Counted from the stretch's first letter, positions 18,166 through 30,178 are shown. The stretch: DNA of 64,000 nucleotides from an uncultured Candidatus Saccharibacteria bacterium (GCA_964436545.1 CAYTCJ010000002.1:26111-90110), one strand, 5' to 3'. Notes: generated by a model from the letters alone, not told the origin. Numbers and translations are program-made.

Positions 18166-21111
18166 ATGCTATTAAATCATTTAAACACAGAACAAACATC
18201 GGCTGTAGTCCACAATAGGGGACCGTTGTTAATTGTCGCCGGCGCCGGCACGGGAAAAACCACCGTAATTACCCGCCGAATTGCCTATTTAATTGAACAA
18301 AAACTGGCCAAACCGGACGAAATTTTAGCTTTAACTTTTACCGATAAGGCTTCGGGCGAAATGCAAGACAGATTGGCTGAGCTGTTGCCTTTGGGCTATT
18401 ACGATATGTGGATATCCACCTTTCACAGCTTTTGCCACAGGATTTTAGAAACTTACGGTCTGGACATTGGCTTACCTACCAACTTTAAGCTAATCAACAG
18501 CACCAAAGCTTGGATGCTAATTCATAATAATCTGGAAAAATTTGATTTGGACTATTACAAACCTTTAGGTAATCCGCAAAAATTTATTTCCACCCTCTTA
18601 AAACACTTTTCCCGTCTAAAAGATGAACTTATTTCCCCGGAAGACTATTTAGCCTATGTCAATGAGCAAAAACTGAATACCGACTCTGCGGAAAACTTGC
18701 CCACGCAAAATTCAGATGACAACGAGACTCGACTGGAGCAACAAAAAATGTCGGAGATTGCCAATGCTTTTTTTGTTTACGAAAAATTACTGCTAGAAAA
18801 TAATTTTTTAGATTTTTCCAATCTTATTAATTTTACTTACAAACTATTTACCCTCCGGCCAAATGTTTTAAAACACTACCAAAATAAATTTAAGTACGTT
18901 TTGGTGGACGAATTCCAAGATACCAATTTTGCCCAATACGAGCTGGTTAAATTACTGGCGGGCAAAAACCAAAACCTGGTGGTCGTGGGGGACGACGACC
19001 AATCAATTTACAAATTCAGAGGTGCCAGCGTTTCCAACATCTTAAAATTCAAGACAGACTTTCCCACTTTAAAACAAATTACCCTTACCGAAAACTACCG
19101 AAGCGACCAAAGAATTTTAGACTTAGCTTATAAGTTTATTCAAAACAATAACCCCGACCGGCTGGAAGTGCAGTTAAAAATTAATAAGCAATTAAAAAAC
19201 TCCGCCAAACTTAACTCACCCGATTCCGCCATAGAACTTATTTCAGCTAACGATTTGGCCGAGGAACTTCACTTGTTAGCTCAGAAAATTTTGGAAATTA
19301 AAGAAAAAAATCCCAAATCCACTTGGAATGACTTTGCCATTCTGCTCAGAAGCAATTCCTCGGCGTATGAAATCTTACCCATTTTAAATAAATTGGGCAT
19401 TCCTCATACTTTTGTAGCCAATACCGGCTTATACCAAAAACCTTTAATTGTTTTTTTAATTGCTTATTTAAACACCCTAATTAATCATGAGGACTCGTTT
19501 GCCCTCTACCAGGTTTTATGTTTTTCCCAATTTAACCTATCTCCTCACATTAATTCCTTACTGCTGTCCATTGCCCAAAAACGCACTTTGTCTTTATATC
19601 AGACCTTAAACTTTTCCCAAGCTTTAAGCGAATTACCCCAGTCCGCTCACCAAACAATTCAGAAAATTCTGCATTTATTAAATCAACATGGCAAACTGGT
19701 GCAAGAAAAAGCGGTCAACGAAGCGTTTGTCCAAATTATTTTTGATTTAAATATTAAAAATTTGTTAGAACCGGAAACCGAAGAGAATGCGCGCAACCGA
19801 GACTATTTGGAACAATTTTATAAAAAAATTGAAACTTTTACCGGCGAAAACTCAGACAAAAGTTTGCATAAATTTCTCCACCACTTAAATTTAGAAATCG
19901 AATCGGGCGATGAAGGGGAAATTAAATTCGATCCAAACGTAGGACCGGAATGTTTAAAAATTTTAACTGTCCACGCCTCCAAAGGCCTGGAGTACGCATA
20001 CGTATTTATTCCCAATCTGGTAGATTTGCGTTTTCCCACCCGCAGTAAAGGCGAAGCTATTGAAATCCCCAAAGCTCTGGTTAAAGATATACTCCCGGAA
20101 GGGGATTTCCATATGCAAGAAGAGCGCAGACTTTTTTATGTGGCCATTACTCGAGCCAAATCTAAAGTTGTCTTTTCCTGGGCTAAAGATTACGGGGGCA
20201 GTAAAAATAAAAAGCCTTCCATTTTCTTAGTGGAAACTCAATTGGTTAAAGCTGACTTAGAAAAAACCCCAACCGGAAAAGTGGTTTTCAATTCACCCCC
20301 TCAGGCCAAGCTTATTGTTAACCAGGTTTTACCCAAAACATTTTCTTTTAGCGCTTTAAAGGCCTTTGAGCACTGTCCTTTGCAGTATAAATACCAGTAC
20401 TATTTAAAATTACCCGAAGCGGGTAGCGCCTACTTTAGCTTTGGGCAAACCATTCATAAAACTTTGGAAGTTTATTTAAAAAATTACTTAGCTTTAACCG
20501 AAACCGCGCAACTTGACCTATTCACCCAGCAAAAAACCCCTGCCCAACTTGCCAGCTTGGAAGAACTTAAACAACTCTACGACCATAACTGGATAGATGA
20601 GTGGTATAACAACGCGCAAGAAAAAAATAAATATAAAGCCAAAGGTATAAAAATTTTGGAAAACTTTTATCATTTTTCTTTAGCCAATCCACCCCACCCT
20701 AAATTATTGGAAAAGTCATTTTTCCTTCCCATTGGGGATTATAAATTTACCGGTAAAATTGACCGCGCGGATAATACACAACTAGGTCTGGAAATTATAG
20801 ACTACAAAACCGGCAAAACCCCAAACAAAAAAAACCAAAAAGGGGACATTGACCAGCTGTATATTTATCAATGGGCATGCGAAGAATACTTTCACGAAAA
20901 AATTTCCAAGCTAAAGTATTGGTATTTGGAGGATAACCAATTTATTGAAGAGCCCATCGCGGACGAAGCGGACCTAACAGAGCTTAAAAGCCACCTGCTT
21001 AAAACCATTAATTTAATTGTGGATACCATTAAGTTTAATACGTTCATGGAAGAGCACGAAAAAACCAAACCGCACGAATGTAAATATCTTAATTTGGAAA
21101 ACAAACTTTGA
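18166..21111 (+). CDS. UvrD/PcrA-family helicase fused to a C-terminal RecB-like PD-(D/E)XK nuclease
   Basis: AGAGTGKT, VDEFQD, VGDDDQSIYKFRGA, LTVHASKGLE, EERRLFYVAITRA; GKIDRAD..IIDYKTG, QLYIY. Confidence 0.93.
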   Translation: MLLNHLNTEQTSAVVHNRGPLLIVAGAGTGKTTVITRRIAYLIEQKLAKPDEILALTFTDKASGEMQDRLAELLPLGYYDMWISTFHSFCHRILETYGLDIGLPTNFKLINSTKAWMLIHNNLEKFDLDYYKPLGNPQKFISTLLKHFSRLKDELISPEDYLAYVNEQKLNTDSAENLPTQNSDDNETRLEQQKMSEIANAFFVYEKLLLENNFLDFSNLINFTYKLFTLRPNVLKHYQNKFKYVLVDEFQDTNFAQYELVKLLAGKNQNLVVVGDDDQSIYKFRGASVSNILKFKTDFPTLKQITLTENYRSDQRILDLAYKFIQNNNPDRLEVQLKINKQLKNSAKLNSPDSAIELISANDLAEELHLLAQKILEIKEKNPKSTWNDFAILLRSNSSAYEILPILNKLGIPHTFVANTGLYQKPLIVFLIAYLNTLINHEDSFALYQVLCFSQFNLSPHINSLLLSIAQKRTLSLYQTLNFSQALSELPQSAHQTIQKILHLLNQHGKLVQEKAVNEAFVQIIFDLNIKNLLEPETEENARNRDYLEQFYKKIETFTGENSDKSLHKFLHHLNLEIESGDEGEIKFDPNVGPECLKILTVHASKGLEYAYVFIPNLVDLRFPTRSKGEAIEIPKALVKDILPEGDFHMQEERRLFYVAITRAKSKVVFSWAKDYGGSKNKKPSIFLVETQLVKADLEKTPTGKVVFNSPPQAKLIVNQVLPKTFSFSALKAFEHCPLQYKYQYYLKLPEAGSAYFSFGQTIHKTLEVYLKNYLALTETAQLDLFTQQKTPAQLASLEELKQLYDHNWIDEWYNNAQEKNKYKAKGIKILENFYHFSLANPPHPKLLEKSFFLPIGDYKFTGKIDRADNTQLGLEIIDYKTGKTPNKKNQKGDIDQLYIYQWACEEYFHEKISKLKYWYLEDNQFIEEPIADEADLTELKSHLLKTINLIVDTIKFNTFMEEHEKTKPHECKYLNLENKL

Positions 21112-21146
21112 GATTGCTCTGAATTTATGGTATAATATATAGGCAT

Positions 21147-21524
21147 ATGAGCTTTATTGTAAATACCAAATCTCAAGTAACCATCTTAATTTTCAGTTTT
21201 ATATTATCTGCGTTTTCTTTTGCTTCCATTATAAACTTTACCGATCCTTTTACCGCCAGCAAAACCATTTTTGTATTTTTTTACCTGAATTTATTTTTAC
21301 TCGTTTTTTCAGGGGTATGTTTATCGGCCTTGGTTTTAAAACGATGGTTTTGGCCTAAAATGTTTCTTTTGGATTTCGCCTCCAGTTTACGACAAGGTTT
21401 ATTATTAGGCTTTTTTTTTACAATTGCGGTTTTACTGCAAATTAACGGCTTACTCTTTTGGTGGTTGGAAATTACCCTGTTAATTTTATTAATCTTTTTA
21501 GAATTATTATTTACAATCAAATAA
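21147..21524 (+). CDS. Four-TM membrane protein
   Basis: Hydrophobic throughout; DPF and SLRQG motifs. Confidence 0.75.
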   Translation: MSFIVNTKSQVTILIFSFILSAFSFASIINFTDPFTASKTIFVFFYLNLFLLVFSGVCLSALVLKRWFWPKMFLLDFASSLRQGLLLGFFFTIAVLLQINGLLFWWLEITLLILLIFLELLFTIK

Positions 21525-21527
21525 ACA

Positions 21528-22985
21528 ATGACTACTCAAAACCCCGACCCAAATAATTCAGAAAATCTTAATGAGGACCCACCCTTTTTTGAAGTATCGG
21601 AAAAAACGGAAAAAACGGCAATCAATTCCAATTTGGTAAGCCCGAAAATTACGGTTAATCCGGAAGAAAAAAGTTTACTCACCGATGAACCCGGTCGAAT
21701 TAAAGTTTTACTGCTCGCACATAAATCGGTCTGGATAATTATTTTAGTTATTTTAATTTTAATTTATCCGGTGTATGCGGTTTTAAACAAATATGTCTTA
21801 ACCACCCCCGAGCCGGAAAACTTTTTAATTGACCCGAGCACCATAAAAAATCCTGAAAATGAAATTTCGGGCGAAAAAAATTCTACCCAAACTCCGAGTG
21901 AATGGCAGGTTAGGTTTTTTGGCTCAGAAAAATGTTTGCAAATCGAGCAGTGTGGCGACACCGCGGACCCGCACAACGACGGGATTTGTAATTTAAAATA
22001 TTATTAATAACACACCGACCCCAACAATCACGACTCTGACCAAGACGGACTGGCAGATGGAGACGAAGTAGCTATTTTTGGTTCAGATCCAAGTAAGACC
22101 TCCACGGCTTCAGATGATAAATACAATGACGGGCAGTATGTTAAGGGCGGTTACGACGTCTTAATTAAAGACAAGTCCTTAACCAAAGAACAACTCTACG
22201 ACATTAGCAACAAGCTCAAAGCTAATGGTATTCATTCTCCCACAGAACAAACTTTGGGAGATAGTCTGCTTAACTTGTATAATTTCTCTCAAACTAATAC
22301 GCGTGATTCAGGCAATTCGGCCAGCACGACCCCGACCCATAACCCCTTAGATGGCCTAGAAACCAGCGTGGAAGCCAAGCAAGACAGAGATACTCAAAGA
22401 AGCACAACCATAAAAAACGTTGCCATTGCTTTAGTTAAGTACTATGCCGATAAAAAAGCCTACCCAAGCCACACTGACTTTAGTAAAATGTACACGGAAG
22501 TAAAAATTTACAGTCGGGTAGCCATTAACCCCCTAGATCCGATTAATAAAGACAAATTTGTCTATACCTATAAACCGGAAAATAACAGCCAAGATTTTAC
22601 TTTAAGTTTTTTTAGCGAAACTCAAAATTTAGTTATAAAAACCAGAAGTGCCGATGGTAAAAAATACATTGAACAGGACCAGTCTGCCATTTACGATGAT
22701 CAGAGAAAAACTAACTTGGAAACCCTGCGTTCAGCGCTGTTGTTATATTCGTCTCAGCATATTAGTGGCAATCTGGAATATGTTTTTCCCACAGCCGAAC
22801 AATTACAAACCGCTTTAGTCCCCAAATTAATCAGTGAAATTCCTAAGGATCCCAAAAACAACGAAGCTTACGACTATCAAGTTTCGGAGGACTTTCAATC
22901 CTTTACGCTAAAAACATTATTAGATGCGCCACCAGTGGGTAAATCGGGGTTTTTGTGTAATCAGGAAGAATGCAGAGTTTACTAG
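21528..22985 (+). pseudogene. Membrane protein with Ca-binding DxDxDG (TSP3-like) repeats and two pilin-head-like domains, interrupted by TAA TAA at 22005-22010
   Basis: ORFs 21528-22007 and 22254-22985 share a frame; the gap reads HTDPNNHDSDQDGLADGDEV... with no further stop. Confidence 0.75.
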
Positions 22986-23003
22986 AATAATGAATTAAGA
23001 ATT

Positions 23004-23420
23004 ATGAATATACTAAAAAAGTTATTTTTTTGGAAAAGAGAGAAAAAATTTCCTAACATTGTTTCCGCCAAAGTTCTAGAAATCCAAAAACACCCTAACG
23101 CCAACCGCTTGCGGGTTGTTAAACTGGATATAGGGGACAGGGTAGTGGAGCCGGTGATTTGCGGGGCTTTTAATTTTGAGGTAAATGATGTCGTGGCTTT
23201 GGCTTTACCGGGGGCCACCATTGCCCAAAACATTCATTCCCAAACTCATGAGCCGTTTGTTTTGGGCAAAGCCAAAATTCGGGGAGTGGAAAGCCAAGGC
23301 ATGATTTGTGCTGCCTTTGAGCTTGGCTTATCGGACAAAACCGGAGAGGGGATTATGTTACTAAAAAAGCATGTTGCTTTAGGCAACCAATTTTCCTCGG
23401 AAATGATCCTGAAATATTGA
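23004..23420 (+). CDS. Stand-alone OB-fold tRNA-binding domain (PheT B2/Myf-like)
   Basis: HPNANRLRVV, VICGAFN, ALPGA, IRGVESQGMICA..ELGL. Confidence 0.88.
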   Translation: MNILKKLFFWKREKKFPNIVSAKVLEIQKHPNANRLRVVKLDIGDRVVEPVICGAFNFEVNDVVALALPGATIAQNIHSQTHEPFVLGKAKIRGVESQGMICAAFELGLSDKTGEGIMLLKKHVALGNQFSSEMILKY

Positions 23421-23479
23421 CAAAAATGTCAAAAATGACATAATTGACAAAAGTAATTTCAATTTTACGGAAACTTACT

Positions 23480-24604
23480 ATGAATATAGTTATAGATACT
23501 ACTGAGGAAAATTCACTTAAACAAGCCTTGGAAAAACGCACTGATTTTGAAGCTCAAAGAATCAGGCGCTATTTAAGCATGCCGGACTTATCTAGAACCG
23601 AGGGTAGTCCGCTTAAAGAAGTGGTGAGTCGGGCTTCGGCCGTTAAATCTTTACAAGGTTTTGATGTAATCCAAATTCCCGAAATTATCCCCACACATAT
23701 TATGTTTGATTTATTTAATATGCCACCCGAGCATCCGGCCAGAAGCAAATCGGATACATATTATATTGATGACACGCACGTACTAAGAACTCATGATACG
23801 GTTTTTTGGTATTACTACCTTAACCATCCGGAAATCCAAAAGCGTATTGCCAATAAAGAAAGCTTAGGCGCGATTTGTTATGGCAAAGTCTATAGAAAAG
23901 ATGAAATTGATAGTCGGCATATGAATGTCTTTCATCAATTTGGAGCATGGTACATAACCCCCGATGACAAACAAACCATCACTGCCGATGATTTAAAAAA
24001 TACCCTGTCCGATATTGCCAAGCATGTCTTTGAAACCAATTTTCGTTTTTATGAACATAATTTTCCTTATACCGATCCTTCCTTTGAAATGGAAGCTGAA
24101 ATAGATGGTAAGTGGGTGGAAATGGTGGGTTCCGGCTTGGTTAGAAAATCGGTCTTAAAAAATATGGGCCTTGAGGGCTATAATGGCTGGGCGTTTGGTT
24201 TTGGTTTGGAAAGACTGGCAATTGCCAATATGGGCTTGCCGGATATTCGGCTGTTATGGAGTGAAGACGAAAGAGTAAAAAAACAATTAAAACTGGGGCA
24301 TAAATTTGTGGAAGTAAGCAAATACCCGCCAATTACCCGAGATATTTCTTTTGTAGTAAATAATGATTTTGTGCCCAACAATTATTTTGATTTAATCAGA
24401 GAAATCGGCGGAGATATTATTGAGCAAGTAGAACTCTTGGACAAATATGAAAATGAAAAAAAATTCGGTAAAAATAAAGTAAGTTATACCTACCGCGTCG
24501 TGTACAGAAGCCCCGAACGCACCCTAAAAACCGATGAAGTAGAACCTTTGCAAAAAAAACTTTACGAACAAACCAAAGAAATTTATAAGGCTGATTTAAG
24601 ATAA
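23480..24604 (+). CDS. pheS: Monomeric mitochondrial-type phenylalanyl-tRNA synthetase (PheS catalytic core plus FDX-ACB)
   Basis: HPARSKSDTYY, LRTH, YRKDEIDSRH, FPYTDPS, AFGFGLERLA, then SKYPPITRDISF...SYTYRVVYRS anticodon-binding domain. Confidence 0.92.
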   Translation: MNIVIDTTEENSLKQALEKRTDFEAQRIRRYLSMPDLSRTEGSPLKEVVSRASAVKSLQGFDVIQIPEIIPTHIMFDLFNMPPEHPARSKSDTYYIDDTHVLRTHDTVFWYYYLNHPEIQKRIANKESLGAICYGKVYRKDEIDSRHMNVFHQFGAWYITPDDKQTITADDLKNTLSDIAKHVFETNFRFYEHNFPYTDPSFEMEAEIDGKWVEMVGSGLVRKSVLKNMGLEGYNGWAFGFGLERLAIANMGLPDIRLLWSEDERVKKQLKLGHKFVEVSKYPPITRDISFVVNNDFVPNNYFDLIREIGGDIIEQVELLDKYENEKKFGKNKVSYTYRVVYRSPERTLKTDEVEPLQKKLYEQTKEIYKADLR

Positions 24605-24711
24605 TGGTGTTAGTATGTTATTAATGCTTATTTAAAGGAATTTTAGCCATTTTGATACTGGAAATTTAATTAATATTATGCTAAGATTACTTAGCAAAGC
24701 TACACAAAATT

Positions 24712-25068
24712 ATGAAGGACAAAATTACATTTTTTCCTCTAAGCCCAGAAGAGCAAGTGGGTGACCTATATGAAGGAAAAATTAATCCTTGGTATATAGA
24801 AAAAATGAGGTCGCTAGGCTTTACAGACAATGACATTGAACACAAAATAAGAAAGGCAATGTCTGAGGCGATCCAATTAACTCGAGCTCAAAAATTTAAA
24901 ATAGGAGATATGGTAGGTCATCCTACTTTAAGTAAAGCTACAGCAATTATTTCAATCGATAAAGAACAAAGGTTTGCAGAAGTGTTAGATTCCGATACAA
25001 AAAAAGTAAAAGAAGTAAATTGTTCTGAACTTTTTAACCCGAAAATTTTTCTGCAGTTATTAAAATGA
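24712..25068 (+). CDS. Hypothetical protein (possible SH3/KOW-like C-terminus)
   Basis: 118-aa ORF; KFKIGDMV pattern. Confidence 0.6.
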   Translation: MKDKITFFPLSPEEQVGDLYEGKINPWYIEKMRSLGFTDNDIEHKIRKAMSEAIQLTRAQKFKIGDMVGHPTLSKATAIISIDKEQRFAEVLDSDTKKVKEVNCSELFNPKIFLQLLK

Positions 25069-25076
25069 CAATTTGA

Positions 25077-27149
<2,073 letters not shown>

Positions 27150-27211
27150 TTGCCTTTACCCTAAGCTTATCAAAGAGTCAAAACTTGGATATTAAATAAA
27201 TAAAAATTTTT

Positions 27212-27463
27212 ATGCTTGATTTTAGTGGTTTAGCGGTGGTGCTTGGATTTTGGATTTTGCAAACCTTATTGCTAGGAATTCTTTATTTAGTAAGTTTTAT
27301 TTTTATAATTAAGTTAAAAAAATCAGGCAAGCTTGGACCACTAAGTCAATTTCACAGTATATCAATTTTTCTAATTTGGACTTGTGTTTTTTTAATTTTA
27401 TCTTTGTTGTTAATTGACAAAATTGAAAACTTAACAAAATTTTTATACGTTATGTTTTTTTAA
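27212..27463 (+). CDS. Small two-TM hypothetical protein
   Basis: 83-aa hydrophobic, very AT-rich ORF. Confidence 0.45.
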   Translation: MLDFSGLAVVLGFWILQTLLLGILYLVSFIFIIKLKKSGKLGPLSQFHSISIFLIWTCVFLILSLLLIDKIENLTKFLYVMFF

Positions 27464-27524
27464 TATCGTATCTAAAATCACACATTATTTTATTGAACAA
27501 TTTTGTTAACAAAAATACTTTACA

Positions 27525-27592
27525 TTGACACAAATATTAAAATAGATTAACATGTATCAAGTAATTCCGTCCTTTGGACGGAATTATATTTA
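27525..27592 (+). promoter_or_regulatory. greA promoter followed by a leader hairpin
   Basis: TTGACA-N17-TAACAT; TAATTCCGTCC-TTT-GGACGGAATTA at 27562-27586. Confidence 0.5.
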
Positions 27593-27609
27593 TCAATAAT
27601 TGTTATATT

Positions 27610-27648
27610 TGTCATCCTATCCGCCAACTGGCGGATCATTTCAGGATT
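27610..27648. repeat. Composite REP: TGTCATCCT...TCAGGAT shell with a nested ATCCGCCAACTGGCGGAT palindrome
   Basis: Shell resembles the GIY-YIG flanks (TGTCATCC); core matches 5736-5751. Confidence 0.65.
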
Positions 27649-27678
27649 CAATTTACAAATATAGATTCCTAAACAACC

Positions 27679-28140
27679 ATGTCTAAAAAATATTTACTTA
27701 CTCCCGAAGGTTTGGAAAAACTCAATAAAGAACTCAAAGATTTGGTAGAAAATAAACGTAAAGAAGTAATTGAAAGAATCAGGGAGGCGGCGGCTCACGG
27801 CGATTTAAGCGAGAATGCCGACTATGCGCAAGCCCGTGAAGAGCAAAGTTTTATTGAAGGCAGAATTGCAGAAATTGAAGACATCATTAAAAATGCGGAA
27901 ATTATTTCCCAGACTTCACACGGCACCGTGGTGAACGTGGGGACTACCGTAATTGTAAAAGTCAGCGGGCAAGAAAAAAAATACACCATTGTGGGTAGCA
28001 ACGAAGCCAACCCCAAAGAAGGTAAAATCTCCAACGAATCCACGGTAGGCAAGGCCTTATTGGGTAAAAAAACCGGAGAAAAATTTATTGTCCAAACCCC
28101 GGCAGGAGAAGTGGAATATCAAGTTGTAAGCATTGAATAA
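27679..28140 (+). CDS. greA: Transcription elongation factor GreA
   Basis: LTPEG, HGDLSENADY, ISNESTVGKALLG. Confidence 0.97.
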   Translation: MSKKYLLTPEGLEKLNKELKDLVENKRKEVIERIREAAAHGDLSENADYAQAREEQSFIEGRIAEIEDIIKNAEIISQTSHGTVVNVGTTVIVKVSGQEKKYTIVGSNEANPKEGKISNESTVGKALLGKKTGEKFIVQTPAGEVEYQVVSIE

Positions 28141-28154
28141 TCAATATACAAATT

Positions 28155-28195
28155 AACAAGGGTCATCTTGGCTTTTTGCCAAGATGACCCTTGTT
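28155..28195 (+). terminator. 18-bp perfect hairpin after greA
   Basis: AACAAGGGTCATCTTGGC-TTTTT-GCCAAGATGACCCTTGTT. Confidence 0.75.
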
Positions 28196-28269
28196 TTAAA
28201 ACCTAGCAATCCCAATTGGCAAACTGCTGATTTTTTTGTTATACTGATTAAAATTTAATCTTCAAAATT

Positions 28270-30177
28270 ATGTCAGAAAGACTGGAAGATGTTATTAAAA
28301 TTCGCAGGGAAAAACTAGCTGTCATCAAGCAGGCCGGACTTGATCCTTACCCTTCCCAAACCCAAAGAACCCATACCAATGCGCAGGCTTTGGATAATTT
28401 TGATTCGCTATCCAATGAGTCCATCACCCTGGTGGGTAGAATTCGCAGTTTTAGGGATATGGGCAAAATTATGTTCGTGCATATTGAAGACGGTTCTGCC
28501 AAAATCCAAATTTTATTCAAACAGGAAGATTTAGGTGCAGAAGCTTTTAAATTTATTTTAAAAAATTTCGATATTGGGGATTTTATTGAAGTCACAGGTA
28601 AATTATTTAAAACCAAAACCGAAGAAAAAACTCTACAAGCCACCGGCTACAAACTTTTGGCAAAATCTTTGCTTCCACTGCCCAGCGAACATTTTGGCAT
28701 TCAAGCCGAAGAAATTAAGCTTAGAAAAAGATATTTGGATATTTTACTTAATTCCAACACCAAAGAATTATTTATAAAAAAAGCGAAATTTTGGAACGCC
28801 ATGAGAACGTTTTTGCAAGATAGAGGATTTTTGCACATGGATATGCCGATTCTGGAAAATACCACCGGAGGTGCGGAAGCCAGACCCTTTATTACCCATC
28901 ATAACGCTTTGGATAAAGAATTTTTTTTACGAATCTCTTTGGAATTACCTTTAAAAAAGATGCTGGTTGCCGGTTATGAAAAAGTTTTTGAAATTGGCAG
29001 AATCTTTAGAAACGAAGGCATATCCACTGAACATTTACAGGACTATACCCAAATGGAATTTTATTGGGCTTATGCCAGCTTTCAAGACATGATGGATTTA
29101 GTAAGACAAATGTATCAAAAAATTATTTTAGATACATTTGGCACCCTCGTTATTCACGCTAGAGGCCAAACTGTTGATTGGAGCGGAGATTGGGAACAGG
29201 TTAGTTATTTGAACTTATTTAAACAGCATACGGGGATAGATTTAAACACAGCCGAACTGCCTGAATTGCAAGCCTATGCCAATCAACATCATATAAAATA
29301 TGAAGATTTTGCCGGTAAAGGCAGGTTAATTGATTTAATCTTTAAAGAAGTTAGAGAAAATATCCCAAGTGGTAAACCGATATTTCTAGTTGACCAGCCG
29401 GTGGAATTGGAACCTTTGGCAAAACGTGACCCACACAACCCCAAAGTGGTGCAAAGAATGCAAATTCTTGCCTTTGGGACGGAATTAGGTAAAGGTTTTG
29501 GAGAATTAAATGACCCCATTGACCAAAGATTAAGATTTGAAGAACAAGCCAAACTAAGGAATGCCGGCGACGAGGAAGCCCAAATGTTAGACGAAGATTA
29601 TGTAGAAGCCATGGAATACGGCATGCCACCTTGCGCAGGCTTTGGGCTGAGTGAAAGATTGTTTGCCATACTGGCCGACAAATCCATTCGGGAAATTGTG
29701 GTATTTCCACCAATGAAAGATACGGGGGAAACAGAAAGTAAAACCAAAGAAAATTTATTTGCTGTGGCATTAATTAACCAAGCATCCAAAATGGAACCTT
29801 GGCAAGTTTTAAATTCCATCGCTCATTTAAACGCGGCCTTTGGAGCCAGACAAACCAAAAAGGGCAGAAATTTATTTTTTCGAGATGAAATCCACAGTCA
29901 AGACGGCGAAGCCATAAAATTAAACATTCAACATGCCATAATGATAAAAACCATTCCTTCCAATAGCGAAATAAAAGCACTGGCACAGAAAGCCAAAAAA
30001 CTCGGGCTGGAAACTGCGGAGTTTACCAAAGAAATGTTAGAGACCACGAACGATAAAAAAGTTATTGAACGGACAGGAGCAAAAAATTACGCCGATATTG
30101 AGCATTTTGGCATTCTGATTTTTGGCAGAGAATCTTTAGTTAAAGAACTAACCGGCAACTACCCATTATATAAATAA
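28270..30177 (+). CDS. lysS: Class II lysyl-tRNA synthetase with a C-terminal DUF2000/PTH2-like extension
   Basis: GGAEARPFITHHN, FRNEGI, ELNDPIDQ, YGMPPCAGFG; about 140 extra aa after VFPPMK. Confidence 0.95.
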   Translation: MSERLEDVIKIRREKLAVIKQAGLDPYPSQTQRTHTNAQALDNFDSLSNESITLVGRIRSFRDMGKIMFVHIEDGSAKIQILFKQEDLGAEAFKFILKNFDIGDFIEVTGKLFKTKTEEKTLQATGYKLLAKSLLPLPSEHFGIQAEEIKLRKRYLDILLNSNTKELFIKKAKFWNAMRTFLQDRGFLHMDMPILENTTGGAEARPFITHHNALDKEFFLRISLELPLKKMLVAGYEKVFEIGRIFRNEGISTEHLQDYTQMEFYWAYASFQDMMDLVRQMYQKIILDTFGTLVIHARGQTVDWSGDWEQVSYLNLFKQHTGIDLNTAELPELQAYANQHHIKYEDFAGKGRLIDLIFKEVRENIPSGKPIFLVDQPVELEPLAKRDPHNPKVVQRMQILAFGTELGKGFGELNDPIDQRLRFEEQAKLRNAGDEEAQMLDEDYVEAMEYGMPPCAGFGLSERLFAILADKSIREIVVFPPMKDTGETESKTKENLFAVALINQASKMEPWQVLNSIAHLNAAFGARQTKKGRNLFFRDEIHSQDGEAIKLNIQHAIMIKTIPSNSEIKALAQKAKKLGLETAEFTKEMLETTNDKKVIERTGAKNYADIEHFGILIFGRESLVKELTGNYPLYK

Positions 30178-30178
30178 G

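Noticed and set aside
22005-22010. Stop-codon reassignment (code 25 or similar)
   Set aside because: The stops are TAA, not TGA, and TAA, TAG and TGA all end conserved genes normally in this window.
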